Part shown: positions 57,678 through 64,000 of the stretch, one piece after another | Layout: each line of letters starts with the position of its first letter | How positions within the stretch are numbered: the first letter of the stretch is position 1 | DNA from: an uncultured Thermoplasmata archaeon | GTDB lineage: Archaea > Thermoplasmatota > Thermoplasmata > Lutacidiplasmatales > UBA184 | Length of the DNA: 64,000 nucleotides | Reading direction: 5' to 3' | NCBI GenBank assembly: GCA_963749235.1 | Contig: CAVVLV010000001.1 | Coordinates: 142,568 to 206,567, forward strand | The notes under the pieces: model-generated | Seen by the model: only the letters and a program-made list of their open reading frames with translations | Database searches by the model: none | What the model was told of the DNA's origin: nothing | Translations under genes and position numbers: made by a program

Positions 57678-58973
57678 GTGATCGACCTCGACCTTCTCCG
57701 CAGGGAGCCCGCCCAGGTCGAGGAGAACCTCGCCCGGCGCCGCAACCCCGCCTACATCGCGATCTTCCACGAAGTGCGGAAGGCCGACACGGACTGGCGA
57801 GAGTGCCTCCGCACCGCGGACGAGCTCCGTCGTCGTCGGAACGATCTGAGCCGCCGTATCGGCGAAATGCGAGCGAAGGGCGCCGCCTCTCCCGAGCTCG
57901 ACGCGGAGGCCAAGACGGTCCCGGATAGCCTGAAGCAAACCGAGGCGCGCGAGGGGGAACTCCTCCGCCGCCGCGACGCCCTCCTTCGGCGGCTGCCGAA
58001 CCTCCTCGACGTCTCGGTCCCGTACGGGAAGGATGATTCCGAGAACGTCGTCCTGACGACATGGGGCCACCCCCAAACGGACGCGGCGGATCGGAAGGGA
58101 CACGGCCAGGTGCTCGAGGATCTCGGCATGGCCGAGTTCGACCGGGCCCGACGGGTGAGCGGGGCCGGCTTTTACTACCTGCGGGGAGGGATCGTCCTGC
58201 TCGACCTCGCTCTGCAGCGGTTCGCCCTCGACCTGCTGGTCGAGCGCGGATTCACCCCCGTCGCTCCGCCCTACATGTTGCGGCGGGAGCCGTACGAGGG
58301 CGTGACCGACTTGGCTGATTTCGAGAACGTCATGTACAAGGTTGAGGGCGAGGACCTCTATCTCATCGCGACCAGCGAGCACCCTCTCGCCGCGCTGTAC
58401 CAGGGCGAGATCCTGGACGAAGACCGACTCCCGGTGCGCCTCGCTGGGATCAGCTCGTGCTTTCGAAAGGAGATCGGCGGGCACGGGGTGGATCAGAAGG
58501 GCATCTTCCGGGTCCATCAGTTCCAGAAGGTCGAGCAGTTCGTGTTCTGCCGGCCCGAAGAATCCCCGACGATCCTGGAGGAGCTTCGCGCCAACGCCGA
58601 GGAGGTCTTCCGGCGCCTCGAAGTTCCGTACCGAGTGGTGAACGTATGCACCGGTGACGTGGGCACGGTCGCCGCCAAGAAGTACGATGTCGAGGCGTGG
58701 TTCCCACGGCAGCAGGCGTACCGGGAAGTGGTGAGCTGTTCGAACTGCTCCGACTACCAGGCCCGGCGGCTCGGCATTCGGCTCGGGAAGGCCGGTCGCC
58801 CGGGGAAGCGCGTGCCCCACACCCTCAACTCGACCGCCGTGGCGACGTCGCGCGCCCTGGCGGTGATCCTCGAGCAGTACCAACAGGCGGATGGGTCGGT
58901 GACCATACCCGAGGTACTACGTCCGTACCTCGGCGGACGGGCCGCGCTGACCCCCGACCCGACCCGGGTCTGA
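57678..58973 (+). CDS. serS: serine--tRNA ligase
   Basis: GTG 57678 gives (M)IDLDLLRREP...SSCFRKEIGGHGVDQKGIFRVHQFQKVEQF...TLNSTAVATSR. Confidence 0.9.
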   Translation: MIDLDLLRREPAQVEENLARRRNPAYIAIFHEVRKADTDWRECLRTADELRRRRNDLSRRIGEMRAKGAASPELDAEAKTVPDSLKQTEAREGELLRRRDALLRRLPNLLDVSVPYGKDDSENVVLTTWGHPQTDAADRKGHGQVLEDLGMAEFDRARRVSGAGFYYLRGGIVLLDLALQRFALDLLVERGFTPVAPPYMLRREPYEGVTDLADFENVMYKVEGEDLYLIATSEHPLAALYQGEILDEDRLPVRLAGISSCFRKEIGGHGVDQKGIFRVHQFQKVEQFVFCRPEESPTILEELRANAEEVFRRLEVPYRVVNVCTGDVGTVAAKKYDVEAWFPRQQAYREVVSCSNCSDYQARRLGIRLGKAGRPGKRVPHTLNSTAVATSRALAVILEQYQQADGSVTIPEVLRPYLGGRAALTPDPTRV

Positions 58974-59180
58974 CGGGAGGGACGGCGCGCCCTCGCTCCG
59001 GGGGAGCGGGACGAGGGAAGTGCCTAAGCGCCGGGGTCCCCTGCGCATCGTACCCCCGTGAGTCCCCAACGGCGTCTCGACGAATTCGGAGTTCCCGGCG
59101 AGGCGCCGGCCCCCGAGCCCCTGCCCCGCGTCCGCGCCCGCCCCGACCCGTATCCGGGGATATGGCGGGTGACGGACGGG

Positions 59181-60791
59181 ATGGTCGACCATCCCATGCT
59201 GCGCCCGGGTCTCATCCGTGCGTTGCCGTTTCAGATCGAGCTCGCTCGGATCGGACTCGAAGAGGACCTCTTGGTCGTCCTTCCGACCGGCCTCGGGAAA
59301 ACGGTCATCGCGGCCCTCATCGCATCCGAGGTGCTCCGACGACAGGAAGGGAAGGTTCTGGTCCTCGCCCCGACCCGTCCCCTCGTCCAGCAGCACGCGG
59401 ACTCATTTCGACACTGGTTCGTGCCGCTCCGGATCGCTCGGTTCACGGGGACCGTGCACCGACCCGACCGCGAAGGGAGCTGGGCGGACGCGGACCTCGT
59501 GTTTGCCACCCCGGAGATCGTGCAGAACGACCTCGCCGCGGGCCGGTACGACTTGACGAGCGTCAGCCTCCTCGTCTTCGATGAGGCGCACCACGCGGTG
59601 GGCAAGTACGTGTACGTGCCCGTCGCGGAGCGGTACCGGGCGGAACGCCCGACGGGAGGTCGGGTCCTCGGCCTCACGGCCTCCCCCGGAGGGAAGGACG
59701 AGCGGATCGAGGGGGTCGTGGGCGCCCTCGGGGTCCGACGGATCGAGGCTCGGAGTCGGGAAGACCCCGGGGTCGCCGAGTACGTCCACCAGATCGACGT
59801 CGATTACGTCTGGGTCGATCTCACTCCCGCGGCGGCGCGGATCCAGACCGCGCTCGAGGAGGCCGCTCACGCGGAAGCCCGCAAGCTCCAAAAGATGGGC
59901 TACCTCCGCAAGAAGCCGATCGGTTCGTTGACCGTCAAGGACCTCATCGCGCTCCGGGCCGAGATCTTCGCCCGGCCGGGACCGATGGTCCGGCGGTTCG
60001 GCCCCCTCTTCCACCAGTTGGTCCTACTCCACCTGCATCACGCCCAGGAACGGCTCGAGACCCAGGGGTTCACCCCGTTCCTGCAGTACCTCGAGCGGGT
60101 CGGTGGTAAGCCGAAGCCATCCCGGGGGGACCTCGCCTTCCTCAAACTGCCCGAGGTGGCCCGCTCCCGAACGGAGGCGGAGGAGTTCCTGCGTACGTCG
60201 AAGGAACCCTCCCATCCCAAGCTCGACGCGCTGGTCGGGCTCGTACGAGAAGTGCTGGGCGGAACCCGGGATCGCCCGGCCCGCATCCTGGTCTTTGCCC
60301 AGTACCGGGACACGATCCAGTCGATCCAGGAACGACTGGAGCAGGAGGGGTGGGCGGTGGGCCGCTTCGTCGGCCAGGCGACCCGAGACCCCGAGGACAA
60401 GGGGATGAACCAGAAGGAACAGGCCCACATCCTGGCGGGGTTCCGCGCCGGTCGGTTCCCGGTGCTGGTCGCCAGCAGCGTGGCCGAGGAGGGGCTGGAT
60501 GTACCCGACGTCGACCTGGTCGTCTTCTTTGAGTCGGTGCCCAGCGAGATCCGGGCCATCCAGCGACGGGGACGGACGGGCCGCAGCTCGGTCGGACGGG
60601 TCGCAGTTCTCCTGACCCGGGAGACCCGGGACGTCCAGTATCAGGCCGCGGAGGTCCGCCGCGAGCGCGCCATGCGCCGCATCGTCCGGCGCCTCTCGGC
60701 GGAAGCTCGCCAGCGGGCCCATCCCGCCCCCGAAACACCCCCGCGACGCAGCCGTCCGAAGAAGCCGCCCGCGATAGAGACCCCTTCATAA
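59181..60791 (+). CDS. Hef/FANCM-type SF2 helicase (helicase domain only, basic C-terminal tail)
   Basis: MVDHPMLRPGL...VVLPTGLGKTVIA, FDEAHHAVG, LTASPG and QRRGRTGR. The ORF is open from 59058. Confidence 0.8.
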   Translation: MVDHPMLRPGLIRALPFQIELARIGLEEDLLVVLPTGLGKTVIAALIASEVLRRQEGKVLVLAPTRPLVQQHADSFRHWFVPLRIARFTGTVHRPDREGSWADADLVFATPEIVQNDLAAGRYDLTSVSLLVFDEAHHAVGKYVYVPVAERYRAERPTGGRVLGLTASPGGKDERIEGVVGALGVRRIEARSREDPGVAEYVHQIDVDYVWVDLTPAAARIQTALEEAAHAEARKLQKMGYLRKKPIGSLTVKDLIALRAEIFARPGPMVRRFGPLFHQLVLLHLHHAQERLETQGFTPFLQYLERVGGKPKPSRGDLAFLKLPEVARSRTEAEEFLRTSKEPSHPKLDALVGLVREVLGGTRDRPARILVFAQYRDTIQSIQERLEQEGWAVGRFVGQATRDPEDKGMNQKEQAHILAGFRAGRFPVLVASSVAEEGLDVPDVDLVVFFESVPSEIRAIQRRGRTGRSSVGRVAVLLTRETRDVQYQAAEVRRERAMRRIVRRLSAEARQRAHPAPETPPRRSRPKKPPAIETPS

Positions 60792-60877
60792 ATCTTCGGA
60801 ATTCGCGTGGTAGCGTGCAACTCGCCGAACGAGGCTAAATACCGACTCCCGGGTCCAACGCCTCAGGCGTCGAGACT

Positions 60878-60985
60878 GTGTCGAGCTGGGTCGCGCAGAA
60901 CCTGGGTCTCACCACCCTGACCATCATCTGCCTCGCCCTGACGTTCTACCTGGTCTACTCCATGGTCCACCCCGAGAAGTTCTGA
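60878..60985 (+). CDS. kdpF: K+-transporting ATPase subunit F
   Basis: Hand-found 35 aa: (M)SSWVAQNLGLTTLTIICLALTFYLVYSMVHPEKF. Single TM with the ...PE.F ending, 13 nt upstream of kdpA. Confidence 0.65.
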   Translation: MSSWVAQNLGLTTLTIICLALTFYLVYSMVHPEKF

Positions 60986-60998
60986 GGGGCGTGCGGTC

Positions 60999-62703
60999 GT
61001 GATCGACCTTCGCTCCCTCTGGGACATCGTCGTCCTGCTCGCCATCGCCCTCGCCGCCGCCCCCTTCTTCGGAGAGTATCTCGGCAAGGTCTACACGAAC
61101 CGCCCGATGCTCGGGGACGTAGTCCTCGCGCCGCTCGAGCGGGGGATCTACCGGCTCCTGGGAACCTCGCCCCGCAAGTCGATGCCGGCGCGGGAGTACA
61201 TGGCCGCGCTCCTGCTCGTCAACGGTGCGGTCCTCGCCTACCTGTTCTGGTACTTCTTCCTGCAGGCGGGCCTCCCATACGATCCGACCGGCGTCCCCAA
61301 CATGTCCTGGGACCTCGCGCTCCACTCGGCGTCCAGCTTCACCACCAACACCGACTTCACCCACTTCACCAACGAGTCCCAGATCAGCTTCGGTGCGCTC
61401 ATCCTCGGCTGGCAACTCGCGCTCTTCGTCTCCGCGGCGACCGGTCTCGCCGTCTTTGCGGCGATGGTCCGCGGATTCATCCGGAAGGACGGAACCCTCG
61501 GAAACTACTACGTCGACATGGTTCGCACGATGACGCGGGTACTGATCCCCCTCGCCGTGATCGGCGCCCTGGTCATGGTCCTCCTCGGGGTCCCCGAGAC
61601 CCTCACGGCGACCGTGATCGCACACCCGATCACGGGCGGGACCCAGACGATCTACTTGGGCCCGGTCGCGAGCTACCAGTCGATCTCCCTCATCGGTACG
61701 AACGGTGGAGGGTGGTACTCGGCCAACATGGCCTCCCCCTTCGCGAACCCGTCGGCGGTCTCGGACCTGTTCGCGGTGTTCCTGATGCTCCTGATCCCGC
61801 TCTCCACCCCGTTCGCGTTCGCGCAGATCATCCGGCGCCGCAACGAGGCGTGGCCCTACCTCGGCACGATCCTGATCGTCCTCATGGTCGCCCTCACGCT
61901 GTTCATCGTCTACCAGGCGGCCTCGAACCCGGCCCTTACGAGTGTCGCCGGGCTGGGGACCCAGACCAGCAACGGGTATCCGGTCGGCCAGGAAACGCGG
62001 TTCGGCCTCGGCGACGCGCTCGCTCTTTCAGGTGGTGAGCGTCTACAGCAACGTCGGTGCGAACAACATGATGATCGGGGCGCTCAGCCCCGTGAGCCAG
62101 ATGGTCCTTCTGTTCGGGATGTTCACCCAGAGCACGCCCGGCGGCGAAGGGTCGGGGTTCGGCATGCTTCTCCTGTACGCCGTCCTCGCCATCTTCGTGG
62201 GCGGATTGATGGTCGGCCGAACTCCCGAGTATCTCGGGAAGAAGATCGAGACCGCCCACGTCAAGTGGTCGACCCTCGCGCTGTTGATCCACCCGGCCAC
62301 GATCTTCCTGCCGTTCGTCATTGCGGTCTTGGGCGGGTTCGTCACCCTCGACACTTCCGCCATCGGGGCGACCTCGCACAATTTCACGTCGGTACTCTAC
62401 GAGTTCACGTCCGAATCGGCGAACAACGGGAGCGCGCTCTCGACCGGAGCGTTCACCGATACCACGCCCTTCTTCAATGTGGCCGGGGCGCTCGTCATGC
62501 TCGTGGGCCGGTACGTGCCGTTCTATGCGATGCTGATGGTCGGGGAGCGGTTCGCCCGACAGCCGACCATGCCTCCCACCTCCGGGACCCTTCGGACGGC
62601 GAGCGGGACCTTCACCCTCTACCTGGCCCTGTTCCTCATCGTCATCACCGCCCTGATCTTCCTTCCCGTGATCGCTCTCGGCCCGCTCGCCCAGATCCTG
62701 TGA
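60999..62703 (+). pseudogene. kdpA: K+-transporting ATPase subunit A, frame broken by one extra base near 62022
   Basis: The N-part runs to ...GQETRFGLGDAL, then the track ORF drifts into Arg/Pro junk. The family continues in the +1 frame as ...LFQVVSVYSNVGANNMMIGALSP...GRTPEYLGKKIE... to 62703. The span is 1705 nt (3n+1). Confidence 0.85.
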
Positions 62704-62713
62704 GGGAGGTCGC

Positions 62714-64000
62714 ATGGAAGCTACCACCCTGAGCTCGCACGGGGCCCGTGTCTCCGTCCGCCGAACACCGCACACGTCCTGGCGGCGAGTGATCGCGGAT
62801 TCGTTCCGGATGTTCCACCCCGCCCGGGAGGTGCGCCATCCGGTCATGTTCTGCGTGTACGTCCTGTTCTTCTTCCTGCTGGTCCTCACCCTGGTCCCGG
62901 GGGCGTTCCCGGATATCGCCCGCAGCTACAGTGCGGACTACTACCTCGCGGTCAGCGTCATCCTCTTCCTGACCCTCTGGTTCGCGAACTTGGGCCAGGC
63001 GATTGCCGAGGCGCGGGGCCGGGCCCAGGCCGACAGCCTCCGGCAGATTCGGAGCGGGGTACGGGCGAACCAGGTCCTGCCCGACGGACACCTCCAGGTG
63101 GTCGCCTCGGACATCCTCCGCATCGGGGACACGGTCGAGGTCCGGCCCGGCGAGCCGATCCCGATTGACGGCGACATCATCCGGGGCGCCGCCCTCATCG
63201 ATGAGTCGATGATGACGGGCGAATCCGAAGCGGTCATCCGGGAAAGCGGCGGAGACAAGACCAGCGTGCTGGGGGGCACCCGGGTCCTCCAAGGCACCAT
63301 CCGGATCCGGGTCACGGCGGTCCGGGGGGAATCGTTCCTCGACCGACTCATCCATCTCGTCGAAGGTCAGGGGCGGGAGTCGACCCCCAACGAGATCGCG
63401 CTCGGGGTCCTGCTGTACGCGTTCACGATCACGCTGTTCACGGTCGTGGTCTCGTTCATCTTCCTCGCCGATTTCACGAACATCGTCTACATCGACGTCG
63501 CGACCATCGTCGCCCTCTTCGTCTGTCTCATGCCCACCACGATCGGGGCGCTCCTCCCGGCGATCGGGATCTCGGGGATCAACCGGGTCGCCCGCGCGAA
63601 CGTCATCGCGAAGTCGGGTAAGGCGGTGGAGGCGGCGGGAGACCTGGACCTCATCATCCTCGACAAGACGGGGACGATTACCATCGGAAACCGGCTCGCG
63701 GTCCAGTTCATCGCGGCACCGGGCGTCGAGATGCCCGAGCTCCTCGAAGGGGCGCTCCTGGCCTCCTCGGTCGATGAAACGCCGGAGGGCCGTTCGATCG
63801 TTCGGCTGGCCGCCCGTCGCAACGCGCCGACCCGCAAGCTCGAACTCGGTTCGTTCAAGGTGATGCCCTTCACCGCCGAACGTCGAATGAGCGGGATTGC
63901 ACTCCAGGACGGCACCGAGGCCTACAAGGGAGCGATCTCGGCCATCGAGGCCTCCGGGGCAACGATTCCCCCCGAGGTGCGGAGGGCCGCTGCCGCGGCC
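62714..64000 (+). CDS. kdpB: K+-transporting P-type ATPase subunit B (3' end beyond window)
   Basis: Own translation from ATG 62714, with GAGGGAGG upstream: MEATTLSSHG...MMTGESEAVIRE...LDLIILDKTGTITIGNR. The frame stays open to the window end, so it is absent from the ORF track. Confidence 0.9.
   Translation, partial: MEATTLSSHGARVSVRRTPHTSWRRVIADSFRMFHPAREVRHPVMFCVYVLFFFLLVLTLVPGAFPDIARSYSADYYLAVSVILFLTLWFANLGQAIAEARGRAQADSLRQIRSGVRANQVLPDGHLQVVASDILRIGDTVEVRPGEPIPIDGDIIRGAALIDESMMTGESEAVIRESGGDKTSVLGGTRVLQGTIRIRVTAVRGESFLDRLIHLVEGQGRESTPNEIALGVLLYAFTITLFTVVVSFIFLADFTNIVYIDVATIVALFVCLMPTTIGALLPAIGISGINRVARANVIAKSGKAVEAAGDLDLIILDKTGTITIGNRLAVQFIAAPGVEMPELLEGALLASSVDETPEGRSIVRLAARRNAPTRKLELGSFKVMPFTAERRMSGIALQDGTEAYKGAISAIEASGATIPPEVRRAAAAA

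Noticed and set aside
1-64000. CRISPR arrays, rRNA genes, transposases/IS elements
   Set aside because: I saw no regularly spaced repeats, rRNA-like segments or transposase-like ORFs on either strand.

Overview
High-GC archaeal chromosome segment, roughly two-thirds G+C by eye and gene-dense on both strands. Gene content looks like a Thermoplasmata-type euryarchaeon, but the taxon is inference only. The window holds the conserved proteasome/exosome superoperon (psmA-sdo1-rrp4-rrp41-rrp42-rpl37ae-rpoP), radB and RNase J. It also holds glyS, serS, moeA, purQ, trm1, Lhr-type and Hef-type helicases, uvrB, nre, orc1/cdc6 and archaeal SAM synthetase. Further genes are IPK plus type-2 IDI (mevalonate pathway), elp3, an Fe/cobalamin-type ABC importer, an ABC-2 exporter, a Wzx-like flippase, a large sequon-rich surface (S-layer-like) protein and kdpFAB. 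There are three tRNAs: Trp with an 87-nt intron, Ala and Pro. A small RelE/ParE toxin-antitoxin islet abuts tRNA-Ala. The most notable observation is at least nine single-base reading-frame breaks in conserved genes, three of them in elp3. Four of the nine sit on the same pentamer (GTACC on the coding strand), which suggests a motif-linked consensus error or mutational hotspot. Other points worth a second look are guide-like complementarity to the anticodon arm in the tRNA-Trp intron, a GcvH-like(K->R)/TusA-like fusion convergent with a rhodanese, an ABC ATPase with an extra C-terminal domain, and a four-arm alternative-hairpin element upstream of an IscA-like gene. I saw no CRISPR array, rRNA or intact mobile element. 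Many long ORFs in the supplied track are Arg/Pro/Gly-rich high-GC artefacts (antisense or read-through) and are not called. I did not find an obviously novel multi-gene system.
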